From: Desulfomonilia bacterium
GTDB lineage: Bacteria > Desulfobacterota > Desulfomonilia > UBA1062
NCBI GenBank assembly: GCA_963664325.2
Contig: CAXXDQ010000004.1
Coordinates: 1-64,000 of the forward strand
Direction of reading: 5' to 3'
Length of the DNA stretch: 64,000 nt
Shown in pieces: positions 33,681-44,945 of the stretch. Under the pieces are notes generated by a model. That model did not search any database and had not been told where the DNA came from. It saw only the letters and a program-made list of their open reading frames with translations. Positions within the stretch are counted from its first letter, which is position 1. Each line of letters begins with the position of its first letter. Position numbers and translations under genes: made by a program.

Positions 33681-34997
33681 ATGAAAAAAGTACGGATTCC
33701 GGCACTGGTATCAGCCTTCATACTTGTCCCTGCCATTGTTCTGGCCCTTGAAATAAACATTGCACCGGTATTCTATTACCGGAGCACTGATGAAGGGACA
33801 ACATTTAATGCGCTCGGGCCTGTTTTTGAAAAAACCGATGAAGCAACAGCAGTAAGGCCTCTGTTCTTTAAGGACAAGGATGAAACGGATTTTCTTTACC
33901 CGCTGGGCAGGTCTCATGAAGGTATCACACGTTTTATCCCATTATACCATTCGGACTCCAACGAACCCAACTCTCATACTACTTTATTCCCTGTGTTCTG
34001 GGGGAAATATATGGGAAAATCCTACGGAGGAGTGTTTCCCATATATGGAAACATGTTACACCGTTTCGGCAAGGATGAAGCTGAATTCTGTCTGTGGCCG
34101 ATTTACATGAAAACAAAAGTTGGGGGGAAGAACACGTATACCATTCTTTGGCCGATATTCACTGTCAGCAAAGGAACCAGCTATAAAGTCTTTCCTCTGT
34201 ATGGTTGGGAGAAACATCTAAATGGAGAAACACAGTATCTTTTCTGGCCGTTTCTGTTCAGGGAAAGGGGCAAAAAAAACATGGACGCATTTCTGCCCTT
34301 TTTCCAGTATACTACCTGGAAGAATGCCTGGTCGGTGTCAATACTATGGCCCTTTTTCACTTTCGGCAGGGATAACGACCGAAACCAGACCGGCATAGAT
34401 GCACCGTGGCCTTTGATCAAATATGCCCGGGGGGAATATAACCAGACAATGGTTTTTCCTTTGTATTATGAATATGATAGGGACAATACATACAAAACGA
34501 CTATGTATTTATGGCCAATATGGTATCAGTCTGAAATAATAGATGTAACTAACAATTACTACAAAAAGAACGGCCGTTTCTGCATCCTTACTTCTTGGAG
34601 AAAAGCCAACAGCCAGGGAAAAAATAGCGTGCAGTTTAACCTTTGGCCACTTTATTACATATCGAAAGACGAGGACCTGACATTCTGGCATTTTCCAAGT
34701 GTATTTCCATTCGATTATCCCGGGGTTGAGAATAACTGGGCTCCGATTTTTACACTTGTCAGTTACGAAAAGAAGCTGGACAAGTCTCATTTTGATATAT
34801 TGTGGAAAACCTTTTATCTCGAACACGATGCAGAGCTCATGAGATGGGCGCTCTCATTCCTCGTGTCATTTGAAAACAGCCCCCAATACTGGCAGATTGG
34901 CTTGCTCTCTGATTTGATAAAGTTCAAAACAAAAAAACCGGACAAGGCTGAATCCGACATTTCTTTTGACAGTAATGCTGCCGGTGAAGTAGATTAA
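33681..34997 (+). CDS. Exported protein with about 18 aromatic-Pro repeats (LWPIF-like)
   Basis: Signal peptide and a recurring (L/F/V)(W/F/Y)P(L/I/F)(F/Y) motif. Confidence 0.75.
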   Translation: MKKVRIPALVSAFILVPAIVLALEINIAPVFYYRSTDEGTTFNALGPVFEKTDEATAVRPLFFKDKDETDFLYPLGRSHEGITRFIPLYHSDSNEPNSHTTLFPVFWGKYMGKSYGGVFPIYGNMLHRFGKDEAEFCLWPIYMKTKVGGKNTYTILWPIFTVSKGTSYKVFPLYGWEKHLNGETQYLFWPFLFRERGKKNMDAFLPFFQYTTWKNAWSVSILWPFFTFGRDNDRNQTGIDAPWPLIKYARGEYNQTMVFPLYYEYDRDNTYKTTMYLWPIWYQSEIIDVTNNYYKKNGRFCILTSWRKANSQGKNSVQFNLWPLYYISKDEDLTFWHFPSVFPFDYPGVENNWAPIFTLVSYEKKLDKSHFDILWKTFYLEHDAELMRWALSFLVSFENSPQYWQIGLLSDLIKFKTKKPDKAESDISFDSNAAGEVD

Positions 34998-35161
34998 AGG
35001 AATGACCCTGAACGTAATAGGCGGTTTTGGGTCTATGGGGGAAGACTCACAAGCCCGTTATGCCCAGGGTCTGATTAATATGTTAATGCCGCAGATATTA
35101 GAGTCAAGGGCATACAATATATTTAAAAAAAATTCACCCGTTAGCGTATCAGGATAGCCCG

Positions 35162-36988
35162 ATGGAGAATTTCGATGTCATTGTTGTCGGCGGCGGCCAC
35201 GCCGGTGCTGAAGCTGCCTATGCATCTTCTAAACTGGGGGTGAAAACCGCACTCCTTACCATCAACATGGATACAGTGGGCCGCATGCCATGCAGCCCGT
35301 CAATCGGCGGGCTTGCTAAAAGCCATCTTGTCAAGGAGATCGACGCCCTCGGCGGCATTATGGCAGAGGCCGCTGATGAAACGGCAATCCAGTACCGCCT
35401 CCTTAATACGAAGAAAGGCCCTGCAGTCAGGGCAACCAGGACGCAGAATGACAGAAAAAGATATGAATCTGCAATAAAAGCCAGGCTGGAAAAATCCCAG
35501 GTTATACTCAGGCAGGCCAAGGTCGAAGATATTTTAGTCAAGGACGGAAAGATTACTGGAATAAAAGACCGGACAGGTATTTCATACGGCACAACGGCAC
35601 TGGTGATTGCAGCCGGTACGTTTCTTTCAGGCCTCATCCATATAGGCAATATAAGCTTTGCATCCGGCAGGGCCGGTGAGGAAGGATCAAACTCTCTTGC
35701 AAAAAACATTAAAGGCCTCGGATTAGCTACAGGCAGATTCAAGACAGGGACACCGCCGAGGCTTAATATAAACAGCATTGACCTGTCGAAGTTCATCTGC
35801 CAGGAGCCTCAGAGCGGAATCATGCCGCTTGCATTTGAATCTACCGGCTCAAGACTCGAACAGCTTGCCTGTTATATCGGGCGGACATCTGAGAAGACAC
35901 ACAGGATTATACGGGAAAATATCCTTAAAAGCCCTTTATATTCAGGTGCCATTACAGGGACGCCAGCACGTTATTGCCCGTCCCTTGAAGACAAAGTGAT
36001 GCGCTTCGGAGACAGGACCGGGCATCAGGTTATAATAGAGCCCGAGGGTCTGGACACGCTCGAAGTGTATGCATCAGGGCTTGGAAATTCCATGCCCCCC
36101 GATATTCAGCAGGAGATAGTAGGTTCGATTCCGGGACTTGAAAATGCTCAAATTATCAGACCTTCGTATGCTATTGAATATGATTACATACTTCCAACAC
36201 AACTTAAAAGAACCCTTGAAACAAAACTGGTGGCAGGATTGTTCCTTGCAGGACAGGTCAACGGTACTTCAGGGTATGAGGAAGCGGCGGCTCAGGGAAT
36301 GATCGCCGGAATAAATGCTGCACTCATGGTAAAAGGTGAGGAGCCGTTTATACTGGACAGACCTGAGGCCTATACGGCAGTCATGATCGATGACCTTGTA
36401 ACCAGAGGCACAAGCGAACCGTACAGGTTGTTTACTGCACGTGCCGAATACAGGCTGATGCTCAGGGAGACAAACGCCCTGTTCAGATTATCGGACAAGG
36501 CTTACGCGCTTGGCCTGATAAGCCATGAAAGGATGGAAAAAGTCCGTTCTGTTATGGCTGAAATTGACGGGCTTACCAGCTTTTTAAAAAAGACATCGAT
36601 TGCCATTCCAACAGATAAAGATTCGGGGCCAGATAATTCCGGACAGACAAGCCTCGAAAAATACCTGAAAAGACCCGAGGTGAGCCTCGAAAAGCTGATC
36701 AGTGACGGATATGTAAAGGCTGTTCCCGAGCTTGTAAGACTGGAAACCGAGACCTCGATAAAATACGAAGGATATATCGAAAGGCAGAAAAAAGAGGTTG
36801 AGTGGTTTATAAACCTTGAAAGGATTAAAATACCGGAGACGTTCGATTACCAGACATTGAAGAGTCTGTCTAACGAACTGAAATCCCGTCTGTCCGAAAT
36901 AAGGCCTTCTACCCTGGCTCAGGCAGCCCTTGTTGAAGGTATGACACCTGCGGGACTGCAGGCAATCAGGATCGGCCTGGGGAAATAA
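35162..36988 (+). CDS. mnmG: tRNA uridine-5-carboxymethylaminomethyl modification enzyme
   Basis: [54 protein letters not shown]. Confidence 0.97.
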   Translation: MENFDVIVVGGGHAGAEAAYASSKLGVKTALLTINMDTVGRMPCSPSIGGLAKSHLVKEIDALGGIMAEAADETAIQYRLLNTKKGPAVRATRTQNDRKRYESAIKARLEKSQVILRQAKVEDILVKDGKITGIKDRTGISYGTTALVIAAGTFLSGLIHIGNISFASGRAGEEGSNSLAKNIKGLGLATGRFKTGTPPRLNINSIDLSKFICQEPQSGIMPLAFESTGSRLEQLACYIGRTSEKTHRIIRENILKSPLYSGAITGTPARYCPSLEDKVMRFGDRTGHQVIIEPEGLDTLEVYASGLGNSMPPDIQQEIVGSIPGLENAQIIRPSYAIEYDYILPTQLKRTLETKLVAGLFLAGQVNGTSGYEEAAAQGMIAGINAALMVKGEEPFILDRPEAYTAVMIDDLVTRGTSEPYRLFTARAEYRLMLRETNALFRLSDKAYALGLISHERMEKVRSVMAEIDGLTSFLKKTSIAIPTDKDSGPDNSGQTSLEKYLKRPEVSLEKLISDGYVKAVPELVRLETETSIKYEGYIERQKKEVEWFINLERIKIPETFDYQTLKSLSNELKSRLSEIRPSTLAQAALVEGMTPAGLQAIRIGLGK

Positions 36989-36990
36989 AT

Positions 36991-37764
36991 TTACTGTGTC
37001 CCGCCTATTTCAGTAAGTTTATCGTTTGCCCGGATGGCAAACCCACCCGTCTTGTCAAGACGTATAATTTCCACAAGGTGCTTTTTGGCCTCTTCCGTAT
37101 CTCCAGTATCGATATAGACCTGGGCTATATCCCAGTGCGCCTCGATATAATCCGGGAACAGATTCAATGCCTTTTTAAATGCCTCAATTGCCGAAACATT
37201 ATCTCCTGTTTTTGAGTATACTACCCCAAGAGCATCCCAGGCCGGCGCATAATCAGGTCTTATATCAACCGCCTTGGTCAGGTTGCTTTTCGCCTCTGTA
37301 TATTTGCCCATTGCAATATAGACAAGGGACATATTGTAAAGCGTATATTCCGGAGTCTTGTACAGGTCGTCCTCAAGGGCTTTCTTGAAGCATTTCAAGG
37401 CTTCATCGTTTTTCTTCAGCGTTACCAGGAGATCGCCTTTGAGGTTGTATGCCTCGCTTCTCATGCCGGGATGATCAAGTTCGAGGTTACCGGCATATTC
37501 AATTGCCTTGTCAACGTAAGGGAGGGCTTCTTCAGGTTTGTTCCACTGCCTGTAGGTAAGGGCAAAGCCATAATAAACTTCAGGGTCAACAGGGTTTACC
37601 TTCTGTGCTTTTTTGAGTTCAACCAGGGCGCTCTGCATATCGTTCTGACCCAGTTTTTCCATTGCTATCTGGCAGGAAGGACCAGATATCTTCCTGTTTT
37701 TCGCGAAGCTTCCCGCGCATCCGGCAAGTGCCAGAATGATAAACATTATAAATATTTTCTTCAT
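36991..37764 (-). CDS. TPR lipoprotein, PilW/PilF-like
   Basis: SD GGAGG before ATG 37764, lipobox LAGC, TPR repeats, DDLYKTPE motif; lies downstream of rlmN. Confidence 0.75.
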   Translation of the reverse strand: MKKIFIMFIILALAGCAGSFAKNRKISGPSCQIAMEKLGQNDMQSALVELKKAQKVNPVDPEVYYGFALTYRQWNKPEEALPYVDKAIEYAGNLELDHPGMRSEAYNLKGDLLVTLKKNDEALKCFKKALEDDLYKTPEYTLYNMSLVYIAMGKYTEAKSNLTKAVDIRPDYAPAWDALGVVYSKTGDNVSAIEAFKKALNLFPDYIEAHWDIAQVYIDTGDTEEAKKHLVEIIRLDKTGGFAIRANDKLTEIGGTQ

Positions 37765-37799
37765 TCTTACCTCCGTATTAAATCGAATTGGAGAAGAAA

Positions 37800-38402
37800 T
37801 CATACCTCTATTCGCTCAATTACCTTCCATTCGTCTTCCGAATCAGAGGCCGTATCAACGATAAGATGGATGATCTTCAGATTCGGGTGCAGACCTTTAA
37901 GGTCGGCAAGGTCAACCGGTTCAAACTTGTTTCTGTTATTCAGATATGCCTGCTCGGTAATGGCATTTGATTCATAGTTTTCCCTGGTTCTCTTGGAAAT
38001 CCTGTTTAATGAGATATCCTGAGGACATACGGTCTGCTGAATAACAAAGGTTTTATTGTTCAGTGCAGCCACTTCGGCGGCCCTTCGCCGCAACTTCTGC
38101 GTAATGAACGTGGCGTCAAGGACGACTCCCCTATCTTCTGCCGCAAGTTTGGATGCCCTATTGAACATCTCATCATAGACAAGGTTTCTTTTATCCATGC
38201 TGGATGCAACCTTTTCATCAAATATATCTTCGCCTTTGAGGACTTCAAGGCGGATAAGATCGGTTCTCAGGATAGTATAGTCTTTCAGTCGGGCAATTAC
38301 TTCAGTGGTCTCTGTCTTGTATGATGCCGGCAGACCGCAAGCGATCAGGACCATATCGGCTCCCAGCTCTTTCGTCATATATTCCTTAAATGGTTCCCTC
38401 AT
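37800..38402 (-). CDS. AAA_33-type P-loop kinase
   Basis: CGLPASYKT (variant Walker A), LRTDLIR, VVLDATF, RISKR. Confidence 0.8.
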   Translation of the reverse strand: MREPFKEYMTKELGADMVLIACGLPASYKTETTEVIARLKDYTILRTDLIRLEVLKGEDIFDEKVASSMDKRNLVYDEMFNRASKLAAEDRGVVLDATFITQKLRRRAAEVAALNNKTFVIQQTVCPQDISLNRISKRTRENYESNAITEQAYLNNRNKFEPVDLADLKGLHPNLKIIHLIVDTASDSEDEWKVIERIEV

Positions 38403-38424
38403 GAATCCATCTCCAATCCCGTTT

Positions 38425-39306
38425 TCAGAAAGAGTTTATACCGAACTCTTCGGCAACGAAAGAAGGTATTTCAAGACTGCCCATAATCACGGGTTGCTGA
38501 TGACAGTCAGACCCGCCGCTCAGAAGCAGATTGTGTCTCCCGGCAAAAGCGATGTATGAATCGGTTGCTTCCCGAGTATGCCTTGAATGCCAGCATTCGA
38601 TGCCGTCTATATAATCAAGCATCGATAATTCTATTATCTGCTGCTGCCTAGATAGATCGTTTGAAGCCGCCCTGAGCGATGTCCCGTTGGGGTCATCCGG
38701 GTGTGCAAGAAACAACCGCCCGCCGGCACCCCTGATAAGGCGTGAGGCATCATCAATGGATAAAGGCATCTTCGGGACATTCAACCTCACAAGGTACTTA
38801 TCAAAGGCCTCCTGCCTGCTGCCAACAATTCCCTTATCAATCAGCCAGGCGGCAATGTGAGGCCTGCCTATTGCACTTTCAACCCCCTCCTGAATTCTTG
38901 CGATATCATTTTCGCTCAGCAGGGGTTTGGCCTCTTTTGAAAGCTCTCCGTTAAGTTTATCAAGAATCATCAGTGCCCTCTTTTCCCGGTATGTACGAAG
39001 TTCCGAGAGTTTAGACACCAGCGTTTCGCTGTCCGGGTCAAAACCATAGCCAAGAAAATCCAGCGATATGTCTTTACCCTTTGTAAACTCAGGGTGGCTG
39101 AATGTGACATTAAGCTCAATGCCTGTTACATAGGATATCCTGTATCTTTCAGCCAGCAAGATGGCCTCTCTCTGGGATGAAACCGAATCGTGATCTGTAA
39201 TCGAAATGAGGTTTATGCCTCTGAGAGCCGCCTCTTTGAATATGTCCTTGAGGTGCCATCTGCCGTCGGAGCCGTTCCTTGAGTGTATATGCAGGTCAAT
39301 TTTCAT
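38425..39306 (-). CDS. PHP-domain phosphoesterase (TrpH/YciV-like)
   Basis: DLHIHS..SDG, ITDHD, GRPHIA, LAHP, GGSDCH. Confidence 0.9.
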   Translation of the reverse strand: MKIDLHIHSRNGSDGRWHLKDIFKEAALRGINLISITDHDSVSSQREAILLAERYRISYVTGIELNVTFSHPEFTKGKDISLDFLGYGFDPDSETLVSKLSELRTYREKRALMILDKLNGELSKEAKPLLSENDIARIQEGVESAIGRPHIAAWLIDKGIVGSRQEAFDKYLVRLNVPKMPLSIDDASRLIRGAGGRLFLAHPDDPNGTSLRAASNDLSRQQQIIELSMLDYIDGIECWHSRHTREATDSYIAFAGRHNLLLSGGSDCHQQPVIMGSLEIPSFVAEEFGINSF

Positions 39307-40310
39307 TATTTGTTTTTTCTGACATAGCCTGCCGCGAGTCTGTAATATTCGGAGGCCCTTTCAAAAGCTGCTTTTCTGCCTGTATCGTCCATCCCGGGAT
39401 CGCCAGACATGAAGGAATTGACCTTTGCCCTGACATAGGCGCGGTATATCTTATAAAAGGAAAGTACTTCCCGCATGCTGTCGTCTCCTGATGCACTTAT
39501 GTATGAGCCTACAAATTCACGGGCAAGGACATCATAGCCGTTATAATCAAGATCCATGGCCAGGAAGGCGATATCCTGTGCCGCATCGCCGTAACGGAAA
39601 CGTTCATTGAAATCTATACAGTCGAGGATTGTGATGCTGTCCCCGAACATGAATATGTGCTGAAGGTGAAGGTCGCCGTGACCCTCCTTTATGAAACCGC
39701 CATCAAGCCTTGCCTTGAACAGTTTTATATTATCTTCCATAAATCCAAGGCTCCATGTTTCGATCAAGGCAAAATCATCCGCTGAGACAGGTCCCCCGAT
39801 ATAGCCTCTTGTCTGGTCGAAATTTTCAATGATGTTAAAGCTTATCGTATTGAGCCCCCCGAAAGGTCTGGCCTTGTCGTCGGACGGTATCGCAGCATAT
39901 ATCTCTGCAAGGCGGCTTCCGAGCCTATTTATTTCGTCTGTCCCGACCTGCCCTTTTTTAAGAAGGTTAAGCAGCATGCAGTTTTCATCAATGCGCTTCA
40001 TTCTGAGAGCCGTCTCGGCTATATCGGAATCATCGCCTATGGAAAAGCCGTTCCCCTTTTTCGAAATGGGCACCACATCGAGATAGACATCCGGCGAAAA
40101 ACGCTTGTTAAGCCTTAATTCCTCTCCCACGTAAAAGCGCCTTTTTTCAGGTGTGGTGAAGTCAAGAAAACCCAGGTTGACGGGCTTCTTCAGCTTGTAG
40201 ACAAACTCGTCACAGATGAACACCCATGAATGGTGGGTTTGAACGAATGTAACTTTAGATGTCCTTTCCGGATATACGGCCGGATCGTTCATAAAAGAAA
40301 TCAGTTCCAT
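39306..40310 (-). CDS. Aminoglycoside-phosphotransferase-like protein (COG2187 type)
   Basis: QTHHSWVF, YKLKKPVNLGFLDF, EGHGDLHL, DCIDFNERFR. Confidence 0.88.
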   Translation of the reverse strand: MELISFMNDPAVYPERTSKVTFVQTHHSWVFICDEFVYKLKKPVNLGFLDFTTPEKRRFYVGEELRLNKRFSPDVYLDVVPISKKGNGFSIGDDSDIAETALRMKRIDENCMLLNLLKKGQVGTDEINRLGSRLAEIYAAIPSDDKARPFGGLNTISFNIIENFDQTRGYIGGPVSADDFALIETWSLGFMEDNIKLFKARLDGGFIKEGHGDLHLQHIFMFGDSITILDCIDFNERFRYGDAAQDIAFLAMDLDYNGYDVLAREFVGSYISASGDDSMREVLSFYKIYRAYVRAKVNSFMSGDPGMDDTGRKAAFERASEYYRLAAGYVRKNK

Positions 40311-40311
40311 C

Positions 40312-41334
40312 TCAGTCTTTTCCTCCTGCCAGCTGGCCGCATGCGGCCATTATATCTTTTCCCCGTTCCTTTCTGATCACGACGGTAAAGTGCTTCGACT
40401 TCAGATATTCCTGGAAAGCGAATATCGTATTGTCCGACGGCGCGTCATACTTCGCCCCCGGCCACGGGTTGAAGGGTATCAGATTGATTTTCGCCCTTAT
40501 CCCATGAAGAAAACTGACAAGCGCCTTGGCGTCGGAAAGCGTGTCGTTAAAACCTCCTAGCATGACATATTCTATTGTTATGGTGCGCCTGGGCGGCAGC
40601 TCAATGGCCATGAGCGTCTTCTTGAGTTCGGCCAGCGGATATTTTCTGTTTACCGGCATGATGGCTGAGCGCTTCTCGTCGGTTGCGGCATTGAGCGATA
40701 CGGCGATGCCTATTCCCATATCAGGCCAGATATTGGGCAGTATGGGGATAATGCCGCAGGTTGATATCGTGATCCTTCGTGTCGAAAAGCCGGGGCCATT
40801 CTGATCCAGCAGTATCCTCACAGCCTTCAGCACGTTTTCATAATTGAGCAGGGGTTCTCCCATGCCCATAAGCACTATATTTCTGAAAAGTTTTTCGGGA
40901 TAAAGCCTGGTAGGTATGAGCACCTGGGCAAGAATCTCGGAAGGCAGGAGGTTTCTTTTAAATCCCAGGGTGGCCGTACAGCAGAAATTACAGCCCATGG
41001 CGCATCCTGCCTGCGATGACACGCAGATGGTGAAATAATCTTCATCGGGAATCAGCACGCTTTCGATTACTTCACCGTCATCAAGTGTGTATGCAAATTT
41101 TTCAGTCCCGTCGGAACTCACCTGATGTGCCCTTATTTCGGGATATCCGATATACCCCGCTTCATTAATTTTTTGTCTCAGCGGCAGCGATATATTGGTC
41201 ATTTCATCAATCTGCCGGGCACACTTCTGATAAAGCCACTGGAAGGCTTGCGCTCCCCTGAATGGTTTATCATTGATAAGGTCTGCAAGCTCAGCCCTGT
41301 CAAGGCCGAAAAGGTTTGTCTTGGTGCTACTCAA
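40312..41334 (-). CDS. rlmN: 23S rRNA A2503/tRNA A37 C2-methyltransferase (radical SAM)
   Basis: CVSSQAGCAMGCNFC, MGMGEPL, INLIPFNP, DIMAACGQL. Confidence 0.96.
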   Translation of the reverse strand: MSSTKTNLFGLDRAELADLINDKPFRGAQAFQWLYQKCARQIDEMTNISLPLRQKINEAGYIGYPEIRAHQVSSDGTEKFAYTLDDGEVIESVLIPDEDYFTICVSSQAGCAMGCNFCCTATLGFKRNLLPSEILAQVLIPTRLYPEKLFRNIVLMGMGEPLLNYENVLKAVRILLDQNGPGFSTRRITISTCGIIPILPNIWPDMGIGIAVSLNAATDEKRSAIMPVNRKYPLAELKKTLMAIELPPRRTITIEYVMLGGFNDTLSDAKALVSFLHGIRAKINLIPFNPWPGAKYDAPSDNTIFAFQEYLKSKHFTVVIRKERGKDIMAACGQLAGGKD

Positions 41335-41490
41335 TCATTGCTTCCTTTCAGTTTTGATGATTTCCGATTTATATCATAATTCATTTAATCCATGACAAAG
41401 GAATTTCTAAAATGATATAATTATTATCGATTTGAAGATGTGTTTTTTCAAGTCAGGTTTTTCTTTTCATCACGACAAAGGAGATTCGGT

Positions 41491-43863
41491 ATGCAGGCAC
41501 AAACGTTAAAAAAAGATATGGAAGATACAATAGCCTGTCCGCGCTTTGAACAAATCAGGGAGACTCTTCTTTCCACTCCTGTGAACCTGTGCCCGGAGCG
41601 GGCTCTGCTCGTCACTGAATATTTCAAGAAGCATGACGATAAGAGTGAATCCGTTGTCGTGCGCAGGGCCAGGGTGCTTAAGCATCTGGTCGAAAACAAG
41701 AAGATAATCATACATCCCAAAGAGCTGATAGCAGGCAATATGGGCACCAGCAGGATATCCGCGATCATGCAGCCTGAACTTGCAACCGTATTCATGAGCG
41801 AGGAACTCCTGTGGATAGACAGACGGAAGACAAATCCGTTCAAGATACCGTTTGCAGAGCGCCTTAAAATTTTTTTCAAGGTGAACCCCTACTGGCTGAT
41901 GAGGAATATGGCGTTCAGGGCGTTTTTCCCGAACCTTATTGATATGGCGCGCTATGTGAAGGAGCAGCTCAACGCCACTTACTACCTGATAAACGAAGCA
42001 GGCGGCATTGGGCATTTTCTGCCGAATTACGAAAAGGCCCTGAAACTGGGGCTCAGGGGTTATCTTGAAAGTATGGAAGGAAAGAATGCCGATTTCCACA
42101 AGGCGGCAAGGATAGCATGCGAAGGCCTGTTAATATATGCAGGCAGGGTGGCGGATGAGGCGTCAAGACTTGCGGGTGTTGAACACGATGCCGGGCGGGC
42201 CGCGGAATTGAAAGAGATCGCCCGCATTTGCCGCAAAGTTCCCATGGACCCGCCCGAGACCCTGCACGAGGCGCTGCAGTCCCTGTGGCTCATGCATATG
42301 GCTGTCAATCTTGAAGGACTCAACTCTGCGATATCGTTCGGCCGGATCGACAGATATCTTTACCCGTTCTACAAGACCGATCTCGATGCCGGCAAAATAA
42401 CCCCCGAAAAGGCGAGGGAACTGCTGCTGCTCTTTTCCGCAAAGGCCGTAGAACATGTGATGCTCATATCCGGAAGGACGAGCGAATACCACGGCGGGTA
42501 TCTCGTGGTCCAGGCTGCAATAGTGGGTGGTATGGATGAAGAAGGAAATGATGCGACCAACGAACTCACATATATATTCCTGGACGTCATGGAACAACTT
42601 GGACTCAGGGACCCGAACTATCAGGCCAGGGTTCACAAGGACTGCCCGGAGGCATACCTGAAGCGTGTTGCCGACGTCGCCAGAAAAGGCGGCGGTAACC
42701 CTGCTGTCTTCGGTGACGAGGCGGCCATAGAGGCACTGACATCACACGGCTATCCCCTGAGCGAGGCCAGAAACTATGCTGTTGTCGGCTGCGTGGAACT
42801 GGCGCTGCCGGGAAAAAGCTTCTTTTCGACCGACGCCGGCCTTCTGAACCTGCCTTTATGCCTCGAGCTTGCCCTTAACAGGGGCATAAGGTTCGGGAAG
42901 AAAACCAGGCTGGGCGTTGATACCCCGGACCCGTTGGCAATGACAAGCATGGATCAGGTTTTTGATGCATACCACAGGCAGGTCGATTTTATGGCTGAAA
43001 GGATGGTTAAGGATCTCAGGATAATGGAAAAGGGCAACCGAGACTATCACCCTACGCCTTTCTCGTCCCTGCTCGTTGACGGCTGCATTGAAAAGGGTCT
43101 GGATGTTACTGCGGGCGGCGCTTTCTACAATTCAAGCGGCGTACAGGGTGTGGGGCTTGCCGATGTTGCAGATTCGCTGGCCGCCATCGACGAGGTTGTG
43201 TTCAACCAGAAGAAATATTCGCTGTCTGAGGTCGTTGCTTCAATCAAAGACAATTTCAGGGATGCAGCAGTACTGCGTTCGGAACTTTTGAAGGTTCCCA
43301 AGTTCGGAAACGACAATCCCCTGCCGGACGGCTATGCCGGAAGGGTTGCCCGTATATTCCACGACGCCCTCAACAGGCATGAGAATACTCGCGGAGGCCG
43401 CTACGTTTCCGGGTTTTACTCGGTCACCTGCAACGTCGCATTCGGCAAAAGGACACCGGCTCTGCCCAGCGGGAGGCTTGCCGGCGAGCCGTTCGCTTCA
43501 AGCCTGGGGCCGTCCAACGGCAAAGACCGTCTCGGCCCTACGGCCGTTATGAATTCGGTGGCTAAAGTCGACCCGAAGTTCGCCATGAACGGATATGCCC
43601 TGAATATGAGATTCGACCCGGAAACCCTGTCGGGAGAGAAGGGTGTGAACATCCTTTCATCGCTCGTCAAAGGATTCTTCTCCCAGGGCGGCCTGGAAAT
43701 CCAGCTCAATGTGCTTGATGCGGAAAAGCTCGAAGACGCGAGGCTTAATCCCGGTAAATATCCGGGGCTGGTGGTCAGGGTGGCGGGCTACTGCGCCTAT
43801 TTCGACGACCTGCCCGAAGACAGCAAGCTGGAGATCATCTCCCGTACACGGATGAGAATATAA
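41491..43863 (+). CDS. Glycyl radical enzyme (non-PFL, substrate unknown)
   Basis: SD AAGGAG before ATG 41491, SFGRIDRYLYPFY, single-Cys loop GCVE, C-terminal RVAGY. Confidence 0.92.
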   Translation: MQAQTLKKDMEDTIACPRFEQIRETLLSTPVNLCPERALLVTEYFKKHDDKSESVVVRRARVLKHLVENKKIIIHPKELIAGNMGTSRISAIMQPELATVFMSEELLWIDRRKTNPFKIPFAERLKIFFKVNPYWLMRNMAFRAFFPNLIDMARYVKEQLNATYYLINEAGGIGHFLPNYEKALKLGLRGYLESMEGKNADFHKAARIACEGLLIYAGRVADEASRLAGVEHDAGRAAELKEIARICRKVPMDPPETLHEALQSLWLMHMAVNLEGLNSAISFGRIDRYLYPFYKTDLDAGKITPEKARELLLLFSAKAVEHVMLISGRTSEYHGGYLVVQAAIVGGMDEEGNDATNELTYIFLDVMEQLGLRDPNYQARVHKDCPEAYLKRVADVARKGGGNPAVFGDEAAIEALTSHGYPLSEARNYAVVGCVELALPGKSFFSTDAGLLNLPLCLELALNRGIRFGKKTRLGVDTPDPLAMTSMDQVFDAYHRQVDFMAERMVKDLRIMEKGNRDYHPTPFSSLLVDGCIEKGLDVTAGGAFYNSSGVQGVGLADVADSLAAIDEVVFNQKKYSLSEVVASIKDNFRDAAVLRSELLKVPKFGNDNPLPDGYAGRVARIFHDALNRHENTRGGRYVSGFYSVTCNVAFGKRTPALPSGRLAGEPFASSLGPSNGKDRLGPTAVMNSVAKVDPKFAMNGYALNMRFDPETLSGEKGVNILSSLVKGFFSQGGLEIQLNVLDAEKLEDARLNPGKYPGLVVRVAGYCAYFDDLPEDSKLEIISRTRMRI

Positions 43864-44157
43864 AAACCGGCAATCAAAGATTGAACCTGCAACGATTTGT
43901 GCGCTCGGGCCGGGGAAGCTACTGTTGTTTCGATATTCCTTTTTATCATATAAGGATCGTTACTTAGTAATTTCCAAGCCCTTTGATTTTTAGGAATGTT
44001 TGGGGAATTCTGCTTCAATATTTTCTTTAACCCATCAATTGGCAGGCTAAATAAAACTTATGCATGATCCCCACTAAGGGCTGTGAGTAAAGTAATTCTC
44101 AATAATTGGAGCTTTCTTCTGGAAAAATTGTCTTATGATTGAATCAGGATGGATAGC

Positions 44158-44817
44158 TCATGCGTCAAGATGTATATATTTGAGCGCGTATTCCTTTTCG
44201 CCCTGCGTATAGGTCCGAATGGCCTGGACTACTCTTTCTCCATCACCCGACAAGGCATATTTATATCCTTGGCGAAATAGCTTCGCGTTCTGAACAAGGT
44301 CATTACACCTTAGCCCTGTTATATAATATTCGACACGTCGCTTTGAGGGCCATAGGTCTGTAATCATCCGCTCAAGCAGGGGTATATTGACAAGCCTTAA
44401 CGCTACGGCACCTAAGTCGAAAAGAGCGTTGTAATACCCCTCAACGTTATGTTCCTTGGCACATTGTTCCAATTTTTTTATAGCCTCATCATTCTGACGT
44501 ACAATATCATCATTGATGCATTCGAAAAGCCTGCGCGCCAGCAAAGCATAAAGTTCGGTAAGGATATCGTAAATGCACGCCACATGGTCACGATTTATGG
44601 TGGTAACCCGTACACCGTGTCTGGGCATCAATTCCACAAGGCCTTCCTTTTCGAGCATGCGCAACGCCTCTCGGAGCGGGCTGCGACTAACTCCAAGCTC
44701 ACGCGCCAGCTTGTCTTCAATTATACGCTCACCAGGTTTAAACTCGGTGCGAATGATCTTTTCACTGAGATGCTTGGCAATCTGGTCAGCCAAATTATCG
44801 GATGGTGTAAACGACAT
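44158..44817 (-). CDS. GntR/FCD family transcriptional regulator
   Basis: KPGERI.E..LARELGVSRSPLREALRMLEKEGLV. Confidence 0.92.
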   Translation of the reverse strand: MSFTPSDNLADQIAKHLSEKIIRTEFKPGERIIEDKLARELGVSRSPLREALRMLEKEGLVELMPRHGVRVTTINRDHVACIYDILTELYALLARRLFECINDDIVRQNDEAIKKLEQCAKEHNVEGYYNALFDLGAVALRLVNIPLLERMITDLWPSKRRVEYYITGLRCNDLVQNAKLFRQGYKYALSGDGERVVQAIRTYTQGEKEYALKYIHLDA

Positions 44818-44945
44818 ACCTTTCCTTTTTCAGAGTATGATTACCCTTTTTCTTGTGCACTAATCTGCAGGAAAACACAAGAGGCAGGAAGATACAGCCA
44901 TGAAATGAAAGCAGTTTCACCATATAAAAATATTTTTATTATGTA

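Noticed and set aside
40312-41334. Radical SAM gene as the GRE activase
   Set aside because: Its motifs (MGMGEP, AACGQL) identify it as RlmN.
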